A DNA stretch of 64,000 nucleotides, from the NCBI GenBank assembly GCA_964016885.1, contig CAXHJY010000394.1:1-64000 (forward strand). The letters are read 5' to 3'. Positions 48,082 to 61,722 of the stretch are shown piece after piece. Source of the DNA: Eledone cirrhosa. Its lineage: Eukaryota. How positions within the stretch are numbered: the first letter of the stretch is position 1; the number at the start of each line of letters is the position of its first letter. The translations under genes and the position numbers were made by a program. The notes under the pieces were generated by a model. That model was not told the DNA's origin and did not search any database. It saw nothing but the letters and a program-made list of their open reading frames with translations.

Positions 48082-48636
48082 TATATTATATTAACTATAT
48101 ACCACAAAGCATATTTTCTACATTTTCAACGATTCAGGCAATGCTTAAATATAAATGTATCGCCTGCCGAATACTTCTTTACGTCATCGTTACGTGAGAG
48201 ATTATATAACAACTTAAACTTGTTAAATTATATCTCCCATTACATAAAAAAAAATACTTCCAAATGATATAGCGATAATGTTAAAGTCAGAGAACAAGAG
48301 TATCGCATGTCAGTTTGTCTACAATAAACCTTCGTCTGCATGTCGAAGTAAAGTGTGGTCTCTAGCTAGGCAAGGAATGATCGTATATCTGAAGCATTAG
48401 ATCTTTAGATTGTGCCCACTTGTCGACCGACTAATTGCGTGCAATAGGTCAGCTCGATCTGAGCTGATTAGTGGTATAGAATAATATCACCAACAACATA
48501 TAAGTTTAAGAAGCAAACTACCTAATAGTCTCCTGGGTCGATAACATTTACATAAAGATTAAAATCAAACATTATGTAAGTGCACAACTGCTCATATATC
48601 AATTTTGAAATTCTTCCAACTTGAATATATTGTATA

Positions 48637-49584
48637 CTAGCAGTAAAGCCCGGCGTTGCTCGGGGTCGCTCAGTAGCTGTGTTAAAGTTACAATGTTAAG
48701 TTTCTTTCTTGGCTTAAAAACTGTAGTGTCTACTGTGCAGACTTGCATGTGGTGTTTTTGATTAATATTCCCTCAACCAACAATATGCCTTATGAAGTTA
48801 AGAAAACATAACGATAACCCGAATGTTATAACAAAAGAGGATGCTGGGGATAGAAACTGCACTGGTTATTTATTAACAAAGATCGAAAATGTAAACACTG
48901 CAACGCAGAGAAAAACATTAGCGTAACCAAATTATCAGTTATGTCTGTCTGCACGCCTATATCACCTCTCTGCACGACTGTCTGTCTGCACGCCTATATC
49001 ACCTCTCTGCACGACTGTCTGTCTGCACGCCTATATCACCTCTCTGCACGACTATCTGTCTGCACGCGTATATCACCTCTCTGCACGACTGTCTGTCTGC
49101 ACGACTGTCTGTCTGCACGCCTAACGACGAAATATTTGCTTGTTTTACGTAGTCTTTAAATAGACTTGTTTTCAAGTAAAAATATTGTTTTAAAATGCTT
49201 TTAAATGGAAATGAAGCAAAACGGAAGCTTAGTGTTCGAACTGATGAATTTTGCAGGTCAATATTTTGCTGGCTCGACAACTGTTCGTGTATTGTGTTAA
49301 TGTCATTTTAAACGCTGAGAAAGCCAGCGTAATTTTTTACGTAAGACGCTCAATGTAAACAGAACAAAGGGAAATAACTGATAACTTACGCTCAAAAATC
49401 GATACATTATATTCGATTTCGTCACATAGGGTGGGTCAATTTGAAATATTTTTTTTCCGATGTCTTCGCTAGGGCTCAATGTACAAGTATAGCAATTTCG
49501 GTGCAATTCCGTCAGAGATTCTAAGAGGAGATGTGTGCCAAAAATCGATAGACAGACAGACAACCACAGTTTTATATATATAGA
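48637..49584 (-). mobile_element. Complete non-autonomous Helitron (948 bp) containing a 37-bp minisatellite (~48942-49122)
   Basis: Minus strand starts TCtatatatataaaa, ends with hairpin cccgagcaacgccggg then CTAG; inserted between A and T, no TSD. Confidence 0.85.
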
Positions 49585-49589
49585 TATAC

Positions 49590-49788
<199 letters not shown>

Positions 49789-50799
49789 CATACATATGTG
49801 TTTTATGTGTAGGTGTGTGTATGTATGTGTGAGCAATGTATATATATATTGATAAAGATTCTTAAATGCGTATATATGTTTGCGTAGGTAAGTGACTATA
49901 TTGCTCTGTAAAACTTATCTTTGAGATTTCTAATTTGATGTTTAAACTACGAAGGTGATCATTGCTTGGAAGATATTTCACACATTATATATCACTGCTC
50001 TGAGGGAATGAAAGGTTACTAACTATATAAGATTACGAGTGTACGGGGAATTAATTTGTAACCTGCTAGAACTCAATATAAGATCATTCTGTTGGAAAAT
50101 CTTACAGCATGAATACTACAATGCCGAAATAGTTTGCTGAATAAGATTGTGAGTTTTCTATATTTCACAAATCAATTTCTAAAAGTTTTCAATGATTTAT
50201 TAAAATCTCTTGGAGAAAATTTCTGGTCTATACGACGCCAATAATCAGGGAAATAAGTCTAAAGTTCAGTATTTTCTTTGGCTATGTCTTCTTACAAAAC
50301 TATTCTATTGTTTAGTGCAACCTTATTACACGCTGGAGTGGTATGAGAAGAAAAACTAATTCATCTGTTAGTAATGCTCATGTAATGGAAGCAAATATAT
50401 GGGCCACATCATTTACATTTTGAATTCCATTAGTATTGTTAAATCTCACTTATCCACAATATATAATGTTGGCATATATATATATATATATATATATATT
50501 GTTATACTTGGGGAGGGTCATATTTGCGTAATATTGCCAGAATTAATAACAGAACACACTCACTGTTTGGTTGGTTTTCGCTTCTCGCTGTCTTTTATAT
50601 CTGCGATCTAACTTACTCGGTCCTCAATGTTGCCATTGACTGAACGACGGTCAAAAATAATACAATATAGACACAAACACATATATATAGTTTACATAAT
50701 TTACATAAATCTTTCGTTGCACATCTGCAACATCCTCAGTGGTGTTATATTTTTTTTTCCTCCTGTTGTGTTGTATGTCTACGTTGTATTTATATATAT

Positions 50800-51008
50800 A
50801 TTAGAAAGTGAGGTTTTTTTTACAAAATGAAAAATAACCGAGGTGTCCTACACGAGTGAAAGTATAAAGAAAAAAAGATGAAATCGAAAATGCAACTGCA
50901 GTCTTATTTAAAAAATATATATATATATTTATTTGGCTTCTTTACCGGTTTCGCAGTTCTTCTGCTTTTCAAAAGTAGTTGAGATGGAGGGTCTGTGGTT
51001 TTTCTCAC

Positions 51009-51012
<4 letters not shown>
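50800..51012 (-). mobile_element. Second copy of the ~210-bp HHR element; U3:A8 hammerhead with intact GAAA at 50940-50975
   Basis: Minus: ctt-TTGAAAA-gcag(aagaa)ctgc-GAAA-ccgg-TA-aag. Confidence 0.82.
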
Positions 51013-51043
<31 letters not shown>

Positions 51044-51639
51044 CAAATATTAATCTCAAATAAGGCTCAGAATTGACTTTAGGGAAAATCACAAGAGAGT
51101 AGCTTAAAATAAAGGAAACCCATATGCGTATCATCCCAGAGGCAAAATTCATTGTTAAGCCAGCTAAATATCTAGGGCTTAACGAATTGTATATTACATA
51201 TTATATATATTGTATGTATGTATCTACCACAAGGCAGAAACAACGCTGACTATACATCCTATGTTGGTGAGTGAATCATTAAAATTTGTCGGATGACTAT
51301 CTATTGGATGCGGGAGCAGTCTGTTTATCTGTTCAGCGACATATCTGGAGTTTTCTTATTCTAAACAGAGACTAGTAATATAGTTTTGTCAATGACGTAG
51401 CTGTGTGTATATCATGATAGATTATCAGAGATTGTGAGGCCTAGACTTTGAAGGTTTTCTTTTGTGTGCTATTTATGTCTATAGAAGATATGCTATGCAA
51501 TACTATATTTTCATGACATGTGTAGTCGTCATTCGTGATGTTGGAAGAGAGTAGGTTATCGTTTAAGCCATTGAAAACTGTTCTCAAGGTCATTATTCAT
51601 GGAGACAGTGTATATCATGCGTGTAGTTATTAGTTTACA

Positions 51640-52010
51640 GGTTTAAAGAGTGAAGGGTGGTAGTAAAATAGACGGCAAATAGGTCGTTGTATATATAAGA
51701 AATAGTGTGGGTGGTATTACAAAACCTTGGTTCATCAAAGTCTGGGTCAAGGAGGGCTCTATCGGCACGCGCTGCAGTGGGGACGTATGACACCAAATTT
51801 CAGATTTACGAGAAGCGAGGCGATTTGCACCATATACAAACAACATATGTATCGTTAAATCTTTGAAGAAATATCCTTTGTATAGTAATTACTGCAGTAA
51901 AACTGTCAAATATAAATAATAGAATCTGAATTTGCAGGATGGAAAGGCGCAGTCTCTGTAATATTAACGCTAACCTCAGCCTAAAGCACACGTAACTCAT
52001 GTCTCAGGTT
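51640..52010 (-). mobile_element. Possible decayed CR1/L2 3' fragment
   Basis: RLRLALILQRLRLSILQ resembles the CR1 C-terminal RL..L.L.SL motif; weak. Confidence 0.35.
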
Positions 52011-52089
52011 GGTGTTTTTTATTATTTCTAATATGAATATTTCTAATATAATATAATATAATATTTCTAATATAATATTTCTAATTATT

Positions 52090-52201
52090 TCAAATCCTGC
52101 CGAGGTTAACTTTGCCTTTCATCCTAACGGGGTCGATAAAATAAAGTACCAGTAATGTACTGGGTAATTGCTGGCCTTGTGCCAATAGTAGAAACAATTA
52201 T
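52090..52201 (+). mobile_element. 5'-truncated SINE
   Basis: Family match. Confidence 0.85.
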
Positions 52202-52522
52202 TTCTAATATAGATTATATAGTAGAGAGTTATGCCAAATTTGATCGAATCATTTGTTAATACTAAGTGCTACATTTCTTTCGCCAACATTTTAAAGAGCG
52301 AATATACACTAGAAAGGGAATGATATATTAGCGCAAATCACTAGAAAGTCTGACTGCTTGGATGATATAGTAGTGTGTACGGAGCATGGATAGAGATCCC
52401 ATGCGATAAAGACAGCGGTTGTTCACCTCCCCCCATGAAAACATATCCACGCACAAACACACATACATACATATGCATACATACATACACACACATATAT
52501 ATATATAGAGAGAGAGAGATAA

Positions 52523-52599
<77 letters not shown>

Positions 52600-52600
<1 letters not shown>

Positions 52601-55400
52601 TTTCTTTATTTGCCACAAGGGCGCACAAGAAAAGGGGACAATACAAAAGACATGCCGGGGATTTACAGTCGTGTAAAACATATCAAAACAAACAATTACA
52701 ACAATCGAAATCCCCAAAAGAGAGGAAGCGCGACAAATGGGTTGTTTAATACCCCGTCGATAGAACAACCCTCAACTCCAGGAGCGTGTTGTGCAAGTGC
52801 TCCTTTCTTCCTTTTGCTCTCTTCTTCAACCTACAGGCATATAAACAGAGAAGGCCCAATCACTCGGGTCATTTTCGCTTCATTCACCCACCTTTCAGTA
52901 AATTTACTGGGGTGCAGTGCCTCTCTCTCCACTCTGATTATCCTTCTAAAGTGATACTTAAAGAAGGGAATCAATTGTTGTCCGGAGAGAAAGGCATCTG
53001 TCCTCAATCCTCTCAATCTCGTCCACCATATAACTTCTTTCACCATAGCCACCGTACAGAGGAAAACCGCCTCTCTTTCGTTTTTGAAAGAGGCTGGGGG
53101 TTTGATCCTTACTATGGACTCGGCAGTCAACTGGATTTGTCCCATACGCGACAGCAGTTGTTCTGCATAGTTCCACAGGTCGGTTACGCCCGGGCAGTGT
53201 ACAATTGCGTGCAGGACTGTTTCAATGTCCTGCGCGCATCTTGGACACGTCCTCTTGGAAGGATCCCTGCCGAGGCGTCCGTGCCTGTAGACCTTGTCAT
53301 GAACCGGTAGACCTCCTCGGTAGCACTGCCAGGCCAGGGACCTCTGGAAGTTGTCCATAGGTCCCGGGCGGAAAGTCCTACCAAACAGACTGGTGAGCTC
53401 ATCGTCTTCGACGCCCAGAGTCTCTCCTAGCACGTCGTCGCCCTTGTAACGTACAATCCCTCTATAGAATGTCGAAGTGGAGTCTCCACAGATTGCTGCG
53501 CCCGCTTGCCAGAGGACTGTGAGCGCCTGAGCGCATTCAATGTGCCAGGCACCCATCGTTTTCGGTCTTTTCTTGACCCAGGACTGCAGCTCCGTCAGCG
53601 AGACGAGCTGTGGGAAAGCCTGTCTCACAAACAGTGCCCACACCGGTTGGGGGTCGGTGAGGAATACCTGGAGATGCCGTAGCCTCAGCGGATGTTTGCG
53701 CATCATCAGCCATGGCATTCCCAGCCCTCTGTTGGAAGGGTGCTGACAGCAGATGGATCTCCTCACCAGCGGAGCCTGCTTCTTCCACAGAAACTGGAAG
53801 AGCATGCGTTCCATCTTGGCGAGGTGTTCACGGGGACAAGGCACGACAGTCAAGCGGTAGTAGATGACGGACGCTATGAAAGTGTTCGCCACCTCCGCTC
53901 GACCTTTCAAGGACAGTTTGCACTCTGTCCACTTCTGGGTGAGTGCAAACACCTTGGCCGTGACCTCGTTCCAGTTTTTCTCCACCAGGAGGTCTGCACC
54001 GAACCAGATCCCGAGCAATTTCACCGATCCGTCCGTCCAGCGTCCAACGATGCTGTCGGACGTCATCGGTTTGCCTCTCCACGTACCGAGTTCAAACCGA
54101 CTGACTTGTCCGGGTTTAGTTTTGCTCCCGTCAGCGTTTCGTATTCTTTCAGTAAGTTGCCGATCACCCCGATTTCCGAGGTGCTCGACACCATTACCGT
54201 CACGTCGTCGGCATAAGCCGACGCCGCTTTGCGTAGTCCCGGTTCTAGAGGGATGCCCTACAACAGCTCCAATTTCCGCAGTAGTGGCTCTAGAGTCAAT
54301 ATATACAGAATGGAGGAGAGAGGGCACCCCTGTCGAATGGAACGCGTGATTGCAAACGGCTCCGATAGGTAGCCGTTCACCTTGACCCTCGAGCAGATGC
54401 TGGTGTGCATCGCCTCCATCCAGCCTCTGAACACGGGACCGAAACCGGCCGTATTGAGAACCGCTTCCAAGTATCGATGGTCAACCCTATCGAATGCCTT
54501 AGACTGATCCAAATTGATCAGAGCCCCACCGAATCCGGGTTTACTACCCACTCTCTCTATGATGTATCGCATGAGGTGGAGGTTATCGTGTATGGACCTG
54601 GTCGGGATTGCACACGTTTGCGCTTTCCCTACCGGGTTCTCGATGACAAGCGCCAACCTCGTCGCTAGCACCTTGGCCAAAATCTTTAACTCTGTGTTGA
54701 GCAGAGTTATGGGCCTGAAGTTGTTAAGTTCGTCCGCCTTGTTCTCATCTTTCCTGATCAGCGTTACTACGCCCTTGCCTGCAGAACTGGGAATTCTCCC
54801 GTTCTGCTGCCAATTGCAGTAGACGGCTTAGAGGACGCCAGAGAACAAGTCCGGCATGCCTAAGTAAAACTAATGGGGTAGACCATCTAGATCGGGTAAC
54901 TTGCGTTTCCCGCAGCGGCCCAGAGCGTCCCGTATATCAGTGTCCGTGATTGGTCTATCGCAGAACTCGGCGTTCGTGTTCGAGAGACGCGGCAGGCTGT
55001 CGAGGTATGAACATAAAGTCCATTGCCCCGTTCGGCTCACCGTCGTTCGGCTCAAACAGTCGCGCAAAGTGCTGCTGAAAGGCCGCGCACATGTGCTTGG
55101 GGTCAAGTAGCACGCGTCCGTTTTGATCTTTCAAAGACCGAATCGTGGACTTGTTGCCACTTTTTGCCTCCGCCACTTGGGCCCAGCTTACAGCTTTCGC
55201 TCCTTCGTTTCCTAGAGCACGTGTTTTGCTTCTGACCACGCCGCCTTCGTGTTTCGCATCGAAGAACTGGTCCAGTGCCCTTCTCGACGCTAACACTCTA
55301 GCCGCATTGCCACTTCTAAGTGCCTCCTCTACCTTGGCTATTAGTTCTCTTTCTAGTTTGTTTTTGTTGACGTTCTCCAGCGTGCTTGTGTTGTTCAAGT
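52600..55400 (-). mobile_element. 5'-truncated Tx1/L1-clade LINE, frameshifted ORF2 (RT plus C-terminal CCHC), 3' end joined to (TATC)n
   Basis: AKVLATRL, LDQSKAFDRVDH, IRQGCPLS, SAYADDV, LSLKGR, GLGMP, CPRCAQDIETVLHAIVHC; aataaa followed by (tatc)n. Confidence 0.93.
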
Positions 55401-55629
55401 TATTTAGTTTGTAAAATTTGATATTTTAAAACAATTTTTAAAATAAAATTTGCGCCCCTACAGGGGCGAAACATGGGATTACCACCCAGCTGATAATTCA
55501 GATGGGGGTTAATCTACACAAATAATATGTTTTTTCAAACAATTTGTTCTGTTTTTCGTATATAAATTTAGAAAAATTCTTACCGGCGATGTTTCACGCG
55601 TCAGACAGAAAGATAGATAGATAGATATA

Positions 55630-55750
55630 TTTCTTTATTAGCCACAGGGGCACAAAAGAAGGGGACAAATACAAAGGGGGAAGTTTACATACAATAAAAA
55701 CGTGTAAAATGTTATCACAGATGGAATTTAAAAGTTAGTCGATTTTCCCC

Positions 55751-55752
<2 letters not shown>
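55630..55752 (-). mobile_element. Tx1 3'-end fragment embedded in (GATA)n
   Basis: ttctttattagccacaggggcacaaaagaaggggacaaatacaaa resembles 52601-52650; GATA repeats on both sides. Confidence 0.78.
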
Positions 55753-55816
<64 letters not shown>

Positions 55817-56921
55817 TCAAAATCCAAGTGATTTCACTAAAAATAAAAGAGTACTCAAAACAAACAATAGAGTAAAATAATTTTTAAGTTATATGTGGTC
55901 AATTCATACTTGATTTAAATTTTTGTGCTTAAAGGCTATGGCATTTGCTAGGAATTTTCTGTTTTGTATGTCAACACCATGCTGTAGTTGTGTATAGAAC
56001 TTAGTCTAAGGGAGCATAACTATTTCACTTCAGCGTTTTTTTTGTTTTTTTGTGGGAGGTAGGAGGTAGAATTTAATAAAATATTAGAATTTATGAAATT
56101 TGGAAATTTGTAAAATTCTAAAGTGCTCTTTTTTTTCATCAAGCACGTGATAAAAGGCAAAATCGTTACAGTGGGGATATAAAATTAGATCATGTCTAAA
56201 TTCTGCAATGCATTTTGTCTGGCGCTCCATTGGTTCCGCCACCCACTACTATTAATCAAACCAAGTTAGGAACCCTCAATAATGTTGTCCGATTTGTTAG
56301 AAATACCAACCAAAGTTCTCTTAAATCAGGCCCTACAATCATTCATGAATAAAAATACATATTATATAATTTATTCTCATTTAAACTATGTCTGAAAACA
56401 CGAGATCGTTACTGATAGAATGCTTTCGATTACACGCCTGCTCGAACAGGGATAATTTGGAACTAAATAACAACAACAATAATAATATGATAATCGGCTA
56501 AGTTAAACGGTACACGTTTACATAAGCTCAAATAAATAATAGTCCTTTATTTATATTACTATAACACATAGACATATCCATACATACACACACACATAAA
56601 TACACAAACTTCACGCAATTATATAATTGTTTAAATGTCTAAGACGAGTCGTTATTAATACAATTATAGTGCTTCGGTCAATTATTACCCTCATTGTTAG
56701 GGATAAAAAAGTTAAGTTTAACTTCTACAAGGTGCGGTAGATTGACAGAATTGTTAGAATGCGGGACGAATTGCTGACTCTAGGTTTTATATTTTCAGAA
56801 GTGCATTAAATAAAGTACAACTGTACTCATATTGAAATAAGTAACTGTACCCCGCCTCTGTTTTATACAATTTGTAGGTGTTCTTGTGCACCTCATCCCA
56901 CCCTTCTTCTTCTCTCTCTCC

Positions 56922-56971
<50 letters not shown>

Positions 56972-57516
56972 ATATATATATATATATATATATATGGGGG
57001 AATTTTCGTAAAATTGTAGTATTCGAAGGGTTAAACCACTGAATACAATATGTATAGTAAAACTTCGGGTTAAGATATCACCTCATATTGAACGGAGAGC
57101 GAGCGAGAAAGGAAGAAACAGAATCTAAAGCATGAGACCAGCAATGAGAAGAGTGTGTATATATATATATAGAGAGAGAGAGAAGAGAAAACTGGGAATG
57201 AGATCGATAGAGAACGTTTGCGAAAAGGATAAAATTAATATATATATATATAATGGAAAAATGGACGAGACACAGGACTATCTTTTCTCATCAGTCGACC
57301 ATATGAGGCCCTCGTGATTACACCACGAGGAACTCACGCAGTCGATCAATGACTGAAACCAGTAAATTATAGAAACATTCATGTATAAATCTTATTATTG
57401 GGGAATTACGTGAAAGATACCCCGTAGGGCTATTTATTGAGTACGTAAATGTTCGTGCGTATGTGTATATAATAGTACAAGGACTACAGATGACTCTGTC
57501 ACCTGTAGCCTTTCAC

Positions 57517-57703
57517 TGGTGGATTGGCAGTATCGGTAGAGGGTCGGACGCCATGCTTTCCAGCATAGTTACGTCCCTTTACGATCTGAGTTCAAATCCC
57601 GCCGAGGTTGACTTTGCCTTTCATCCTTACGGAGTCGATAAAATAAAATACCAGTAATGCACTGGATAATTGCTGGCCTTGTGCCTAAAGTAGAAACAAC
57701 TAT
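57517..57703 (+). mobile_element. Full-length tRNA-derived SINE
   Basis: Nearly identical to the 31921-32108 copy. Confidence 0.9.
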
Positions 57704-59373
57704 TTATGTATAACTTCATAAAACATATAACCTATATAACCCCAGTTAATCGACTGTCTTAACGGGATAAATATCAATTGCATTCAGCATGCTCCTTCAT
57801 ATATTTAATTACGTTACTTGATAGCCATCACTAAAGTTGAGGTATATAGATGTCCTACATATGAACAAAGGAGTAGAAATACGGAGTTGTTATATACCTA
57901 TGTATTTTACCAGTCAATTAGATACCCACCAATTTTGTAGAAAGTCGTTCTTTGATGCCACTGTGTGGAATTTTGAGCAAGAATTGTATAACTTGGCTTC
58001 GGCTCAACTCCCGCATTGTGAGTGAAATTGGATAGGAAACTATTTGGAAGCCCATCGGGTGAACTGTACCCATAATTTAAAGAGTCAGACTTGATACACA
58101 CTATATCACGCTGAATCGCTCAGGGAATTAGGTTAAGTGTGAATGTAGCACTTAAATTTCACGAGCAGGTTGTTCATTGATCGGACGACTCATCGTCGAT
58201 AGCGACATCGACTCATTTCATTCTTCAGTTAGAGATTAGAATTTACTTACTGCTAATCTTTGTTTTTTTTTTTCTTTTAACACAAATAGGTATTCGTATA
58301 ACAAAATGTTGTTAGTTACTGTGATGATGTTTTGTTTTTGAATGTGCAAGAAAATTTAGTGTACAACGTTACTCTGCTTTTAATGCTTAATTAGATGAAA
58401 ATACCACGAGCTCTCCTCTTTAATTAGCCAATCTATAATGAAACTAGACTCGTATTATATTAATACAATTAAAATCCGAACACAACTACACACATACTAT
58501 TAATTTATGATCCATGCGAAAGTATATCTAGTCAGTTCGTGTGTGGTCTATATCTGATATCAGACACTTATGAAAACAACGATGTGTTGACGCAACAAGT
58601 ATGCAAAGTAGGCCATGTGGTGACAGTTAGATGCTATGCCTGTAAGTTACTAGCCTACTAACACACCTATATACCATTGAAAAATATTTAAACTATACAG
58701 TCAAAGTGCAAGAATGTCGTTTCGTTTGTTGCTTTTACTTAAAGCTAGTTGTCTGATACAGAGTTTAGTAAATTGGCTCCATAGTATATATATTCATAGT
58801 CTATTAAACTCTGGGCTTGAAATACACAATTGAAGGACTTTTAACAGCCGAAACTAAATATGATATGCCACTTAGTCAAAATACTATGATTATTGTAAAT
58901 TAACTGTTCTCAAAAATTGCAATAGCGTTATTTTAGTGAAGTTTTATAGTGTGTGAATGGCTTCAGTAAATTATACATACCAAGTACATATTTCATTGAT
59001 CTGGAAGAAAGCACATCAAAGTCGACTTCGTAACTGTTTGATCTGAGATCGTATAGCTATTCAATAAAATACTGCAAGATATTTTTGTCTGTACTTCTAC
59101 CAATTTTACCAATCTATTGGTATATATATCCACAAATATTGATTTCTAATTTTGGAACAAAGCCAGCACATTTATTGATTATATTGCCCCAATAATATTG
59201 CCCCAATAATTTGACTAGTATGTAATTTATCAATCCTGGAAGGATGAAAGTCAAAATTGAGGTCGGTAGGATTTGAACTCAGAATATATATTTTTCTCAT
59301 GACAGGTTGAATGACTTGGTGCCCAGAACCCAAAGAAACTTGAGTACCTGTTTATGTCACTGTTGTAATTACT

Positions 59374-59406
<33 letters not shown>

Positions 59407-59567
59407 ATATATATCACCAGCAGTCACATATACGCATATAAACATATATATATATACATACTATATATATACATGAGCAGTCGTGTATGTATATATATAT
59501 ATATATATATATATAGTATATATATATATATATATATATATACATGAGCAGTCGCATATACGCATAT

Positions 59568-59627
<60 letters not shown>

Positions 59628-59632
59628 TAGAT

Positions 59633-59667
<35 letters not shown>

Positions 59668-59669
<2 letters not shown>

Positions 59670-59960
59670 CCCATTCGGTCATGAATGACCAGAGTTTTGC
59701 ATCTCGAAAGTTCCCCTCCGAAGTCAAGCCCCGGAAAAGGTGTTTTGTGGAAGAACAGCAGTGACCCCATGCATACAAGTCCCCCCCCTCTCTCCACACG
59801 ACGGATGTTGCCCAAGAGAAAGGCAATGGCCGATACAGCTAGGGCACTAGTAACCTCGAAACGAATTTTTACAGCTGGGTGAATTGGAGCAACGTGAATT
59901 AAAGAGACTTGTTCAAGGACACAACACGTCGCAAGCTCCTCGAGAATCCCAACTATCTAA
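59668..59960 (-). mobile_element. tRNA-derived SINE related to the 42690 family
   Basis: ggagcaacgtgaattaaagagacttgttcaaggacacaacac is the reverse complement of that family's core. Confidence 0.7.
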
Positions 59961-60019
59961 CTACTGTGCTACGCACATTAGTACACACACACACACACAC
60001 GCATATATATAGATGAGAG

Positions 60020-60124
<105 letters not shown>

Positions 60125-60682
60125 ACACACATATATATATAATATATATATATATATACAAGTTCATACACATGACCCTAGATTAACATATATATGTGCG
60201 GGACAGATTTATTATGTTTATGTTAAGAACTTGAACAGTATATCTTTTTTACATGTAAACTACGCCTGTCAGATGAATATTTTGTTGCTGTGAAACAGGA
60301 TGTACGTTGATTACTTTACCAAATTCATAATAAAATGATCAATGGGAACTACATGTGTGGAGAATTCTAATGAAGAGATAACAATGATTTTGTCTGAATT
60401 TTTAAGCGATGACATTTGGTCATAATCTACACGTAGACAAACAGACGACTACCCAAATAATACAAACAAATGGAGAGACACAAAAATGTGCACACTTTTA
60501 TTTTATAGCGATATATATATTAGTATATATATATATATATATATATCGCTAATGAAATAAAAGTGTGCACATAAATATGTGTGTGTGTGTGGTTTGATTA
60601 TGCTGATTGGGAGAGGAAATAATGTATATATTTTATCAAATGATTCTAATGGACATACTTTATCGTATATATAAATATATAT

Positions 60683-61302
60683 ATGTATATATAATGTATT
60701 TTGCAATACACTTTATGCTTAATTAAAAAGCATTTTGAAAGACCGTAAGCTATTGTTTTGAAGTAGTGATAAATTCACTCACTTTGATCTCAGCAAAACA
60801 GGGGAGATAAGCCGACAAGACTTGTTTCGCTTTGGTTGAAGCATATTCAAGGCCAACTACCCCACCTGTTTGCTGAGATCATTTGATGTTTTAATTAAGC
60901 ATAAAGTGTATTGCAAAATACATTATATATACATCCATATATATATTGCTATTTCAGAGCTCCAATTCTAATTTTTTAATTTCTGCTCTGACCAACAACC
61001 GCTCTGCATAATCAGCTCCTGATTATTTACTAAATTTCTATAAGAATATAACATCAAATGATCTCAGCAAACAGGTGGGGTAGTTGTTGGCCTTGATAAG
61101 CTTCAACCAAAGCGAAATAAGTCTTGTCGGCTTATCTCCCCTGTTTGCTGAGATCAAAGTGAGTGAATTTGTCACTACTTCAAAACAATAGGCTTACGGT
61201 CTTCAAAATGCTTTTAATTAAGCATAAAGTTGTATTGCAAAATACATTATATATACATCCATCCATATTGTATATATTGCTATTTCAGAGCTCCAATTCT
61301 AA
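60683..61302. mobile_element. ORF-less HHR element: inverted arm 60683-60890, partial direct repeat 60889-60971, ~330-bp unit 60972-61302
   Basis: Internal inverted and tandem matches; TA-flanked. Confidence 0.8.
61089..61132 (+). ncRNA. Hammerhead ribozyme, U3:A8 core variant (mirror ~60810-60855 on minus, core disrupted)
   Basis: ggcc-TTGATAA-gctt(caacca)aagc-GAAA-taagtcttg-TC-ggct. Confidence 0.82.
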
Positions 61303-61319
61303 TATATATATATATGTAT

Positions 61320-61722
61320 AAACGAGGATGGATTCAATTAGAAACTGGTTAGACTCACCAGAGTACCCAATAATTGGGGTAGTAGAGTAGATTAAATGAA
61401 AGTCTTTATATATATAGATAAATATATATATGAATATATAATAAATATTATATATGATATATATATATATATATATTATATAGTAATATTAATATATATA
61501 TATATATATAGATATATATAACTATATAGATATAATATATATATATAATATAGATATATAGTATATATATGATATATATATGTATATGTATATATAGATA
61601 TATATATATATTATAGTATAATATATACTTATATATTATAAAATGTAGGGACCTGACCGCTGAGCTCTTGTCATTTCAACAACTAGTTCCAGATTAGCTG
61701 TTAAAAACGGTAAGAGCTCAGC
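61320..61722. mobile_element. Remnants of the 8.9/19.6/41.9 kb-type PLE repeat (61320-61400 on minus; hairpin 61640-61722)
   Basis: ggatggattca..ggggtagtag resembles the reverse complement of 8937-9005; gctgagctctt..aagagctcagc hairpin. Confidence 0.55.

Noticed and set aside
52831-54327. 498-aa ORF as a host gene
   Set aside because: Frameshifted part of Tx1 ORF2; the N-terminal ~90 aa is off-frame.
57780-58100. CR1-like 3' fragment (CRKSFF..VWN)
   Set aside because: Similarity too weak to support by eye.
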